Below, piece by piece: positions 48,830 through 57,814 of a stretch of 64,000 nucleotides of DNA. The notes under the pieces were generated by a model. It ran no database searches. It saw nothing but the letters and a program-made list of their open reading frames with translations, and was not told where the DNA came from. Both the position numbers and the translations under genes were made by a program. The first letter of the stretch is position 1. The number at the start of each line of letters is the position of its first letter. This DNA is from an uncultured Nitrososphaerota archaeon (GTDB lineage Archaea; Korarchaeota; Korarchaeia; Korarchaeales; Korarchaeaceae): the NCBI GenBank assembly GCA_964618805.1, contig CAZUBM010000002.1:67013-131012 (forward strand). Direction: 5' to 3'.

Positions 48830-49370
48830 GAATCATAAACCCTTCGTCTTAGGTAGGAAACTCTCTCCCATAGAGTTGCTGATCTTGCTCCAGCTAAAAA
48901 AGAAGCCGATGTATGGATACGAGATAATAAAAGAGCTCAAAAAGATATTTGAGGATGTCTGGGAGCCAAAGACAGGAACTATATATCCTGCGCTAAGGAG
49001 GCTAGAGACCAGAGGTCTGATAAGGACGGAACTCAAGGATGGGAGAGAACATTACTTACTAACTAAGGAAGGAGAAGAAGCCATGAAGGAAAACTTGGCT
49101 TTTATTGAAAGGCATCTTAACTTCACGAAGAAATACTATCAATGCATCTCTTGGCATCTTACTCCTTCACTAAAGGAGAAGATCCTAAAGAGGATGATGG
49201 AACAGGAACATCCGCTAATTTTCTGGCCTTTTGGGTTTTTCCGTTTCATAGATGAGATAGAGGACAAGAGGACTAGGCTTGAACTATTAAAGGCGGTTAG
49301 AGGAGCTATCAAGAGAAAACTCGAGAATATAGAGTCAAAGATAGCAGAGCTTGAGAAAGAGGTAAGGTAG
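48828..49370 (+). CDS. PadR-family transcriptional regulator
   Basis: KPMYGYEII, WEPKTGTIYPALRRLE..GLI and YLLTKEG. Confidence 0.92.
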   Translation: MNHKPFVLGRKLSPIELLILLQLKKKPMYGYEIIKELKKIFEDVWEPKTGTIYPALRRLETRGLIRTELKDGREHYLLTKEGEEAMKENLAFIERHLNFTKKYYQCISWHLTPSLKEKILKRMMEQEHPLIFWPFGFFRFIDEIEDKRTRLELLKAVRGAIKRKLENIESKIAELEKEVR

Positions 49371-49392
49371 ATATAGGTTTTTGGTGATCTAG

Positions 49393-50397
49393 ATGGATAT
49401 TATAGAGTCTGAAGGACTAACTAAGAGGTTTGGGGAAGTTTTAGCTGTTGATAATGTCACCTTCCAAGTGAAGGAGGGCGAAATTTTCGGTTTCTTGGGT
49501 CCTAATGGGGCAGGAAAGACGACTACAATAAACATGCTAATAACTCTGATAAAACCGACAAAAGGCACTGCTAGAGTGGCTGGTTACGATGTGATAAAGG
49601 AACCAAGTGAGGTTAGGAAGAAGATAGGCGTGGTCTTTCAGGATCCTACGCTTGATAGGAGGCTTACAGGATGGGAGAACCTATATATTCATGGCAGACT
49701 TTACGGAATTTCCTCAAAAGAGCTGAAATCTAAGATAAAAGAGCTCATTGAATTTGTGGAGTTGAAGGGGTGGGAGAACAAGATAGTTCAACAATACAGC
49801 GGAGGAATGATTAGAAGGCTCGAGATAGCAAGAGCCCTGTTGTACAATCCAGAGGTTCTATTTCTTGATGAGCCAACTCTTGGCTTGGATCCTCAGAGCA
49901 GAGCCAGGGTCTGGGACTACATAAAGCAGATAAAAAAGGAGGAGGGCATGACCATATTCCTAACTACTCATTACATGGAAGAGGCTGAGAAGCTCTGTGA
50001 CAGAGTAGCAATAATAGATCATGGCAGAATAATAGCTCTAGGTACTGTGGAAGAGCTCAAATCTATTGTAGGAAACGAGATAATATATCTGAACGCGATT
50101 CTAAACGGCCATGGAAAGGATTTCATAGAAAGGATTAGAGCCTTGGACTCAATACAGGAGTTAAAGGTGCTAAAAGATGGAGTTATCAGCCTTTCTGTTA
50201 ACAAAGCTCCAGAAGCAATTCCTGTTGTGCTTCAGGAGGCTCAAAAGTTGGGAATTGAGATAAAGGAAGTCCGTTATCTCAGGCCGAGCCTAGAAGACGT
50301 TTTTCTCCAGCTTACGGGGAAAGGTCTGAGGGACGAGGAAGCTAGCTTTTTCGATCATGTTAGAATGAGGAGAATTAGAAGGATGAGGAGGAGGTGA
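49393..50397 (+). CDS. ABC exporter ATPase (DrrA-like)
   Basis: GPNGAGKTT, YSGGMIRRLEIA, LDEPTLGLDP, TTHYMEEA and PSLEDVF. Confidence 0.92.
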   Translation: MDIIESEGLTKRFGEVLAVDNVTFQVKEGEIFGFLGPNGAGKTTTINMLITLIKPTKGTARVAGYDVIKEPSEVRKKIGVVFQDPTLDRRLTGWENLYIHGRLYGISSKELKSKIKELIEFVELKGWENKIVQQYSGGMIRRLEIARALLYNPEVLFLDEPTLGLDPQSRARVWDYIKQIKKEEGMTIFLTTHYMEEAEKLCDRVAIIDHGRIIALGTVEELKSIVGNEIIYLNAILNGHGKDFIERIRALDSIQELKVLKDGVISLSVNKAPEAIPVVLQEAQKLGIEIKEVRYLRPSLEDVFLQLTGKGLRDEEASFFDHVRMRRIRRMRRR

Positions 50398-51179
50398 AAG
50401 AAATGGAAGCGTTCTTAAGGACTGTTAGCATAATGTGGTACAGGCAAATTAAGAGATTTGTTAGAGCAAGGTCAAGAGTAATAGGTTCCATTGTTCAGCC
50501 AATTTTCTGGCTCATTCTCTTCGGTCTTGGTTTTTCAAGGTCATTCGGGATGATGTCTACAGGAGCAGCCAGAAACAACATCGAATACCTGCCTTTTTTG
50601 GTTCCAGGAGTTGTGATGATGAGCGTGTTCATGGGTTCATTTATGTCAGGGGTTTCAGTTATTTGGGATAAGGAATTTGGTTTTCTCAAAGAAGTGCTAG
50701 TAGCTCCGGTTCCAAGGGAAGCAACAATACTAGGAAGGGCGTTAGGTGATTCAACCACCTCGGTCATCAGAGGCGTTTTAATATTGTTGCTATCAAGCCT
50801 TATAGCGCCTAACATAAACCTAGCAAGAACTCCTATGGTTCTGGTATCCATGCTATTTGTAGCTATCTGCTTCACTAGCGTGGGAATAATACTTGGATCG
50901 GTGATGACCAGTATGGAGGGATTTCAGCTGATAAACACGTTTATTTCAATGCCTATTCTCTTCCTTAGCGGGGCTTTCTATCCGGTTGAAACGATGCCAA
51001 AGTGGATGAGAGCGATTGCGATGGCAAACCCACTTACCTATGGCGTTGATGGGGCAAGAATTGCTCTAACTGGCGTGGGAATGAATGCTCTCTGGTTCGA
51101 TATAGCTATGCTGATAGTTACTTCTGCCATCTTCGTAAGCATCTCAGCTTGGGTATTTAGAAGGACAACAATCGAGTAA
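50394..51179 (+). CDS. ABC-2 type exporter permease
   Basis: FLVPG, WDKEFGFLKEVLVAP, FLSGAFYP and NPLTYGVD. Confidence 0.92.
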   Translation: MKEMEAFLRTVSIMWYRQIKRFVRARSRVIGSIVQPIFWLILFGLGFSRSFGMMSTGAARNNIEYLPFLVPGVVMMSVFMGSFMSGVSVIWDKEFGFLKEVLVAPVPREATILGRALGDSTTSVIRGVLILLLSSLIAPNINLARTPMVLVSMLFVAICFTSVGIILGSVMTSMEGFQLINTFISMPILFLSGAFYPVETMPKWMRAIAMANPLTYGVDGARIALTGVGMNALWFDIAMLIVTSAIFVSISAWVFRRTTIE

Positions 51180-51271
51180 AAACTCAACTTTAAGATTTAC
51201 ATTCATTGCATCAGGTGAAGGAAGAGAATTTTGAATCTTTATAGGAGTATCTGCGAATTAATTAGTTGAAC

Positions 51272-51811
51272 ATGCATTTCTACACAATAGGCCATTCTAC
51301 AAGAAGTTTTGAGGAGTTTCTAGAGATCTTGAAGAGGTATAAGATAAATCTCTTAGTAGACATAAGGAGATGGCCTTATTCAAAAAGAAATCCTCAGTTT
51401 GACCGAGACAGGCTTGAAAAGACCCTTCCCTCCTACGGCATAACATATAAATGGCTTGGAAAGGAGCTTGGCGGCAGAAGGAGCAGAGGTTTAGGTAAGA
51501 ACTCACCAAACAAGGGTTGGAAGAGCAAAGGCTTTCGAAACTACGCCGATCATACCCTGACAGAGGAATTCAAAAGGGGAGTTGAAAAATTGCTTAAACT
51601 TGCCGAGGGAAATAAGGTAGCTCTAATGTGCGCAGAGAAATTCTACTGGGGATGTCACAGAAGAATCCTAGCAGACTATCTATTGGTTAAAGGCCACAGA
51701 ATCACTCATATTATAGATAAGAAGAAAATCGTTGATCATGAGATGACATCTTTTGCCAAGGTCAAAAATGGTATACTTCTATATCCTGAACCAGAAGAAA
51801 CGGAGCTTTAG
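51272..51811 (+). CDS. DUF488-family protein
   Basis: YTIGHSTR, LVDIRRWP, ELGGRR and LMCAEKFYWGCHRRIL. Confidence 0.88.
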   Translation: MHFYTIGHSTRSFEEFLEILKRYKINLLVDIRRWPYSKRNPQFDRDRLEKTLPSYGITYKWLGKELGGRRSRGLGKNSPNKGWKSKGFRNYADHTLTEEFKRGVEKLLKLAEGNKVALMCAEKFYWGCHRRILADYLLVKGHRITHIIDKKKIVDHEMTSFAKVKNGILLYPEPEETEL

Positions 51812-52000
51812 CACTCTATCGGTTAAAATTTTCGTTCAGATGCATATCAAAATAAGGGGCCTAGCTCCTCTCGAATTGCACGTTTCTCTAAGATGTGAGA
51901 TAACTACTGGACACATTTGAAATAAGATGAGGAAATTTGAATTAGTAAAAATATTTGCCTATTTAAGCTTTTTATTTACATTCTAACAACAAATCCTTGG

Positions 52001-52249
52001 GTGAAAGAGCTGGTCTCAGCATGTGTTTTAATATATTGTGAGGCTGGAAAATTTTCTACGGTTTTAGATGAAATAAAGAAGATCGAAGAGATAAAAACTG
52101 CTTTCTCAACGCTTGGAAGATGTGATGTAATCGCGTGGGTTGAAGCTGATGATATGAAGGCTCTTGGAAGAGCCGTGTCAAGAATTGCTACAACATCTGG
52201 AGTTATCGGAACTGAAAGCCTTGTTGAGGCTCTGATTGAGGTGACGTAA
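52001..52249 (+). CDS. Standalone Lrp/AsnC ligand-binding (RAM) domain protein
   Basis: ACVLI...LGRCDVIA...GVIGTESLV. No HTH domain. Confidence 0.82.
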   Translation: MKELVSACVLIYCEAGKFSTVLDEIKKIEEIKTAFSTLGRCDVIAWVEADDMKALGRAVSRIATTSGVIGTESLVEALIEVT

Positions 52250-52250
52250 G

Positions 52251-52475
52251 ATGGTGAAGGCATGTATCCTGATTAGGGTGGTTCCTAAGGAGGCACGAAG
52301 TGTCTTCGATGATGTAAAGATGATTGGTGGAGTTAAGAAAGTTATGATGGTCTACGGCCGCTTCGACCTCGTTACCTTATTGGAGACGGATGATATTAGC
52401 GGCATAGTAAATGCTGCCAAGAAAATTAATTCTCTAGAAGGAGTTAGAAGGACAGAAACTTTGGTTGAAGCCTAA
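52251..52475 (+). CDS. Standalone Lrp/AsnC ligand-binding (RAM) domain protein
   Basis: KACILI...YGRFDLV...GVRRTETLV. No HTH domain. Confidence 0.85.
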   Translation: MVKACILIRVVPKEARSVFDDVKMIGGVKKVMMVYGRFDLVTLLETDDISGIVNAAKKINSLEGVRRTETLVEA

Positions 52476-52526
52476 ATTTCTTATAAGGACTGCAATTACT
52501 TGCCCTTTGTATCGACCTTAACCGAA

Positions 52527-52788
52527 CTACTCCTCTATTTTGTAAACTATGTCTCCTTCTCTTACCCTTTCCTCAACTTTAAGCCCAATTGATTGTCCAG
52601 CCTTCGCTACATCCACTTTCTTATGTTCTATCTCCATAGAAGTAACTTTCTGCCTAAAGTTGGTAGTTGCTCCCTCTATTGATATCTCATCTCCCACCCG
52701 CAACTCGTCTTCCAGCTCTACTACAGCTACGCTTATTTTTTTTGAAGTAATGAGTTACTCTACCAACTCTCTTCTTGGTCTCCTCCAT
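52527..52788 (-). pseudogene. Small translation-elongation-factor-domain-like protein with a +1 frameshift in an A8 run
   Basis: Manual translation: MEETKKRVGRVTHYFKK/ISVAVVELEDELRVGDEISIEGATTNFRQKVTSMEIEHKKVDVAKAGQSIGLKVEERVREGDIVYKIEE*. Length 262 nt = 87 codons + 1. T8 at 52736-52743 on the + strand. GGTGA RBS. Confidence 0.82.
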
Positions 52789-52903
52789 AGGCTCACCCAG
52801 AAGGTTTTGTGGCTGTTTAATTTTAATACTGCATAATTTAGTTCTAGCCAATCAATTTGTAAGATCTCTGAGATTGAATTAATTAAGGACAAAACTTATC
52901 CTA

Positions 52904-53395
52904 TTAGAATTTGTTATAACCCACGATCTCTTCTAAGGGCTTTTTCTGCCTGCTCTTTGGCCTTTCCGCTGGATAGCCGAAAGTAATCAAGGCAACCACT
53001 TTCCAACCTTCTGGAATTCCTAATAACAATTTAACCTCTTTTTCATTGAAATCTCCTATCCAGCACGAACCTATGCCTAAAGCCCAGGCTGCAATTCCCA
53101 TATTTTGCAAAGCAATTGCTGTATCGACAACTGCCCACTTTTTTGAGCTAGTGAGATCTGCGCAACCTACGATAGTAATTGGCGCATCCTTAATGAACCG
53201 ATTATACCTCCCTTGAGACAGCTTTTCCTTAATCCTATCATCGGTTATCACGATGAAATGCCAAGGTTGCTTATTTTTAGCAGAAGGAGCCTGTCTTCCG
53301 GCCTCTAAGATCTTATTCAAAACATTCTTTGAAATTTCCTTCTTTTCATATCTTCTTATGCTTCTACGGCTGGGAATAACATCAATCAAAGACAT
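52904..53395 (-). CDS. Nitroreductase family protein
   Basis: SRRSIRRY, APSAKNKQPW, ALGIGSCWIG and ITFGYP. Confidence 0.92.
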   Translation of the reverse strand: MSLIDVIPSRRSIRRYEKKEISKNVLNKILEAGRQAPSAKNKQPWHFIVITDDRIKEKLSQGRYNRFIKDAPITIVGCADLTSSKKWAVVDTAIALQNMGIAAWALGIGSCWIGDFNEKEVKLLLGIPEGWKVVALITFGYPAERPKSRQKKPLEEIVGYNKF

Positions 53396-53496
53396 TCTTC
53401 GCCTCCTAAAGGATCCTCTTTGGTAATAGAAAAATACCTTGTTAATGCTTGAGCTTTTTTGATTCCACCAATTAAAGAGACAATTTCAGAGTCATC

Positions 53497-53796
53497 CTAC
53501 ACTTCCTTACGGTATAAGCTAACGCCGGAAAAAAGAGCAATAATCCTAATAGCTAGAGGGTGTTCCCTATCAAGCTGATAAAACCTAAACCTTCCTAGCC
53601 TGAGCTCTTTCACAATTCCCAATTCTATCAATTTCTTTAAGTGTCTTTTCGTCACCTCAACGCTAAGCTTCGTCTCTCTCGCAAGTCTTGTTATGTTCAA
53701 GGCCTCCATCCGGGTTAGAAGGAATAGGATTCTAACCTTCCCCTTTGAGGATAAGGCCTCCTCAATTAACCATAAAGGGATCTCTGCTTCGTTCAA
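53497..53796 (-). CDS. Winged-helix (ArsR-like) DNA-binding protein
   Basis: LSSKGKVRIL, LNITRLARET and HLKKLIELGIV. Confidence 0.78.
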   Translation of the reverse strand: MNEAEIPLWLIEEALSSKGKVRILFLLTRMEALNITRLARETKLSVEVTKRHLKKLIELGIVKELRLGRFRFYQLDREHPLAIRIIALFSGVSLYRKEV

Positions 53797-53947
53797 GATC
53801 TTTCAAATTTCTAGGAATTAGGATTTATTTAATCTAATTATGGTACATGCGATCAAATGTGGTAATGAAATATCACGAAGACTTAAGAACAATGACCTTT
53901 CTATGCCCCCTGAAAAGCCTTCCCATATATGGATGGGGGAATGAGAC

Positions 53948-55693
53948 TTGAAACGAGGCGAACGCAGCTTTGATGAAACACCGCTTATCTCTGCAAGGGA
54001 CATTGTTGGTCTTACTTTGTTCGTCCTAGGTTTTTCACTACCACTTTTGCTGAAATGGCTGAGAGAAGTGATTAGTGGCATTTACTTGGCTGGTTTGGGT
54101 CTCTCTTTAAGCACGTTAGGGATAGCGCTTCTCAACATTAAAGCCAGAGGCTATGAAAAGCAGTCAAGAAGAAGCATGCTTTCGTTGCTATTCTTTGTTT
54201 TATTGGATCTCTTCTTCATTTATATCGCGATCTTGACCATTCTTTGCCCGGCACCTAGTAAAATGGAAGTCTCAGCCAAAATTTTGGATGGACTGGGGAG
54301 TTCTGCAATTAGAGACCCTAACTGGCAGTTCTTAAGAGAGATCTTTGAAGAAATTTCATCTATAAATTCGTTTCAGAAACCACAAATTTGGTGGATCTAT
54401 AAGATCCTGTCTCACGGAAACAGAAGCTGCGAGGTAATGTTACTTTCTTTGAAAAGATCGATAGAAATGAACTTGATAGAGGAGGCAGGGATTATCATCA
54501 ATGCCCTATATCAAACGTTCGAAAGGATAGATCTCATCGTATCAGAGTTCGCTACATACTACGTATTCCTTGCAACGTTAGCGCTCTTCTTCTCTACCAT
54601 CATATTCCTCGGGGGAAAGGCCCCTCAGATTGGAATTCATGAAGCAGGAACATCGAGTGGCTTGCTGATCTATTCTTATCCTATCCTCTTGAGCCTTGGT
54701 CTTGCGTGCTCTTTTTACACTAACGATCTATACCCCCTTTTCAGCTGGGTGCCTTATGCTCTGTTCATGCTAGTTGTTTTTAGGACGATCGGTTACGACC
54801 GAGCAACCCTTTTTGGTTTTGCCATTCTTACGGGAGGTCTCTTAGGGGCATATACCCCTATCTATCCATTTTCTTGTCTTTGGTACTTCGTCATTTTCTG
54901 TTTCTTCATGCTGATCCTCATTCCTTCAGTTCTTCCAGGTATATCTAGGGATATTCTGCTTGCAGCTTCCATATTGGCTGGTTGTGCTGGAGTTAACGGT
55001 GCGATCTCAATGACTTTCATCCACACCTCTATACCACCATCAATTGCCCTGTTTTCCGTAGTATACGACCTAATCTCAATAATCTTTGCTCTCTCCGAGG
55101 TCTCAGCACTTCCTGGAGTGCTTGGAGCTAGCATACGAAGCATTGAGAGGGAGGGCTTCTGGCCCATGTTAGGATTCATAATTTCAGTACTACTCCTAGC
55201 CTTTACCCTACTGGCATACTTCAACCCAATCCCGTCCTTACTTTGGATTCTATCCCTCTCCCTCTTATGTTATGTTTTGATCTACTCTATGAGGGCATAT
55301 ACACTTAGGAGGAAGAGATTGGCAAAATTTGGTGAGCTAGGAAGTGTCAGGGCCCTCTTCCTAGTTAGCATTCCTGAACTAATCTTCATCAGCACCTTTC
55401 CTACGCTTTACCATGAGAACAATCCACTCTATTTGTTGTTTGTGAATATCTTATTTTCTGCCTGCGCTTTGGTCTTCATAGCTTGGTACATAAGAGGAGA
55501 TAGGTCCTTGAGAGACTTCTTGCTAGAACATCGCCCCATACGTTTTTCCTTATTTTCCTTAGCGATGATACTAGGTCCCTTAATATGTCTTCTTGACTTA
55601 GGATCCGCCTCCTACTATTTTTCCCTGATCTTACCCATGTTGGGCTTACTTTTGATTCACAAGAGGAGTTTGAGGAGGAAACACCTAGGTTAA
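53948..55693 (+). CDS. Hypothetical polytopic membrane protein
   Basis: 581-aa ORF with many hydrophobic segments, next to the wHTH gene in divergent orientation. No family recognised. Confidence 0.7.
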   Translation: MKRGERSFDETPLISARDIVGLTLFVLGFSLPLLLKWLREVISGIYLAGLGLSLSTLGIALLNIKARGYEKQSRRSMLSLLFFVLLDLFFIYIAILTILCPAPSKMEVSAKILDGLGSSAIRDPNWQFLREIFEEISSINSFQKPQIWWIYKILSHGNRSCEVMLLSLKRSIEMNLIEEAGIIINALYQTFERIDLIVSEFATYYVFLATLALFFSTIIFLGGKAPQIGIHEAGTSSGLLIYSYPILLSLGLACSFYTNDLYPLFSWVPYALFMLVVFRTIGYDRATLFGFAILTGGLLGAYTPIYPFSCLWYFVIFCFFMLILIPSVLPGISRDILLAASILAGCAGVNGAISMTFIHTSIPPSIALFSVVYDLISIIFALSEVSALPGVLGASIRSIEREGFWPMLGFIISVLLLAFTLLAYFNPIPSLLWILSLSLLCYVLIYSMRAYTLRRKRLAKFGELGSVRALFLVSIPELIFISTFPTLYHENNPLYLLFVNILFSACALVFIAWYIRGDRSLRDFLLEHRPIRFSLFSLAMILGPLICLLDLGSASYYFSLILPMLGLLLIHKRSLRRKHLG

Positions 55694-55756
55694 GCCAGGG
55701 ATTTCGATAACAAGCCTATGATGGCATTTATTAAGTCCAGAAAAATGTTTTAGAAC

Positions 55757-56809
55757 GTGCATATTTCATTTAAGCTGATATGGTTTGATTCTCTTGGAGC
55801 CAAAAGTTCCTGCACGCTAGTAAAAACCCCTGATGTTTCAATTTTGATAGATCCTGGAGTAGCTATAATGCATCCAAGCTTTCCAGCAAGCCACATTGAT
55901 AAAATTCGTTGGAAAGCTCAGGGAGAGAGAGCTATAAAAAATGCTGCTAAGGAAGCAGATGTTATAGTCATTTCCCACTACCATTATGATCACTACTTTC
56001 CAAGAGACATGAAGATGTATGAAGGAAAGCTCTTACTTGCAAAGGATCCAAATGAATACATAAATGAATCTCAACGAAACCGAGCTATGGAGTTTTATTC
56101 CAGAATTTGCAAGCGCTTTGGCGGGATTGGGTTGGAATCCGTACTAAAGGAGCCCGAAGCTAAAGAATATCCGAACCCATTAGACGATTTGCCGATAGCA
56201 AAACAAAAGGACTTCGGGGATTACGCAAAGAGGAGAAAGGAATTGCTTGACAAGGGCTTAAGGCTCTTCAAGGGCAAGGTAGAGAGGTGGAATGAGTGGC
56301 CTAGGATACCTGAGTTTGAATTCGACAGGATAAAAGTAAGATATCCGGAAGGTAAGGAGTTTCACTTTGGAGAGACGAACCTAAGGTTTACGAAACCTTT
56401 GTTTCATGGAATTGAGTTCTCAACCCTTGGATGGGTATTCGCCACGGTTGTAGAGTGGAGGGGTGAAAAGTTAATTCATTCTAGCGATGTGAATGGTCCC
56501 ATAATAGAGGACTATGCAGAGTGGATAATCAAGGAAAACCCTGATGTTCTGATTTTAGATGGTCCAATGACTTACATGTTCGGTTATCTCCTCAATAGAA
56601 TCAACTTGAACAGAGCTATAAGAAATGCTATAAGGATAGTCGAAGAAAGTGGGGCAAAACTAATCATTTACGATCATCATTTGATAAGAGAAGCCAAATT
56701 TAGAGAACACACTATGGAAGTATGGGAAGCTGCAAAGAAATCCAGTAAAAAGCTTCTCACAGCCGCAGAATTCTTAGGAAAAACTCCTAAGGTTTTAAGC
56801 AAATCGTAA
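55757..56809 (+). CDS. Metallo-beta-lactamase-fold hydrolase (UPF0282-like)
   Basis: FDSLGAKS, ILIDPG, ISHYHYDH, HSSDV, LDGP and YDHH. Confidence 0.85.
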   Translation: MHISFKLIWFDSLGAKSSCTLVKTPDVSILIDPGVAIMHPSFPASHIDKIRWKAQGERAIKNAAKEADVIVISHYHYDHYFPRDMKMYEGKLLLAKDPNEYINESQRNRAMEFYSRICKRFGGIGLESVLKEPEAKEYPNPLDDLPIAKQKDFGDYAKRRKELLDKGLRLFKGKVERWNEWPRIPEFEFDRIKVRYPEGKEFHFGETNLRFTKPLFHGIEFSTLGWVFATVVEWRGEKLIHSSDVNGPIIEDYAEWIIKENPDVLILDGPMTYMFGYLLNRINLNRAIRNAIRIVEESGAKLIIYDHHLIREAKFREHTMEVWEAAKKSSKKLLTAAEFLGKTPKVLSKS

Positions 56810-56930
56810 TGTGACTCTAGAAGTGAAATTAGCCGTTTTACCTTAGTCCTCACAAAGCTTTTACATTATTGCCTTAAACTATCAGTCTACTTTTTATGGA
56901 ACTCATTTCTCACATAACTTGAGCCTGAAT

Positions 56931-57192
56931 TTGCAGGTCAAAGTGAGATTTGTCGGATTTCTGGCTAGAAAAATTGGAAAAGAAGTCATGATTGAGCTAG
57001 AGGAAGGAACAACTTTTTGCCATCGCTGTAAAACGGATATCGAAGAGATATGGGTTTAGTCCCATCGATTTGAGACAAGGATGCGATCCTGACTACATGA
57101 TAGTTCTCCCTAATGGAAGGTCTCAACAACCAGATGTTAAACTTAAGGAAGGAGATGAAATAGCCTTCGTTCCTCCTATAGCGGGCGGATAA
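56931..57192 (+). pseudogene. MoaD/ThiS/SAMP ubiquitin-like sulfur carrier with a +1 frameshift in a T5 run
   Basis: Manual translation: MQVKVRFVGFLARKIGKEVMIELEEGTTF/AIAVKRISKRYG...DVKLKEGDEIAFVPPIAGG*, ending in the di-Gly motif. Length 262 nt = 87 codons + 1. Extra T at 57014-57018. Confidence 0.82.
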
Positions 57193-57273
57193 GTCGTATT
57201 TTCTTCCTGCAAAAATCAAGCCGATCAGTCGATAGGCGTCTATCCTTAAAAGCTTCTAAATAACCTAACTATT

Positions 57274-57813
57274 ATGTCTTCGAGCCAAACTAATCCTATA
57301 TGGATTGCCAGAGACTTTTACAATTGCAGCGGGTGTCGAATGTGCGAGATTGTTTGCAGCCTCTCTCATGAAGGTAAGATTTGGCCGGAAGCTTCAAGAA
57401 TAAGGATTTTCATGCTGATACCCACCTTAGAAATCCCTCACCTTTGCGCTCAATGTCACGATTACCCATGCGTTGATGCCTGTCCAACAGAACCAAAGGC
57501 TCTTTCTGTAGACAATAATACTGGAGCCGTCCTTGTAAATCGAGAGATGTGCACAGGCTGCGGATTGTGTATAGAGGCGTGTCCTGGTGATGTTCCTTTT
57601 CTTCATCCCGGGGATGGCAAAGCCACGATTTGCGATCTATGCGGGGGAGATCCTCAATGCGTCAAAATATGCCAAGAAGGAAGGTGGAACGCTCTTTGGC
57701 TGGTTAAAAAAGCGCCAAGCATAAATTACAAGCTCTACGCTAAAAAACCTTCTGAAGTGATAAAGGAAATGGCTTATCACCTCTATGGAGATAAAGCAAA
57801 GGAGCTGATATGA
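57274..57813 (+). CDS. 4Fe-4S polyferredoxin (DmsB/HybA-like) small subunit of the adjacent WOR enzyme
   Basis: CSGCRMCEIVC, CAQCHDYPCVDACP, CTGCGLCIEACP and CDLCGGDPQCVKIC. Confidence 0.9.
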   Translation: MSSSQTNPIWIARDFYNCSGCRMCEIVCSLSHEGKIWPEASRIRIFMLIPTLEIPHLCAQCHDYPCVDACPTEPKALSVDNNTGAVLVNREMCTGCGLCIEACPGDVPFLHPGDGKATICDLCGGDPQCVKICQEGRWNALWLVKKAPSINYKLYAKKPSEVIKEMAYHLYGDKAKELI

Positions 57814-57814
57814 G

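Noticed and set aside
52549-52836. 95-aa plus-strand ORF, and 56986..57219 (-)
   Set aside because: These are antisense shadows of the frameshifted EF-domain-like and SAMP genes.
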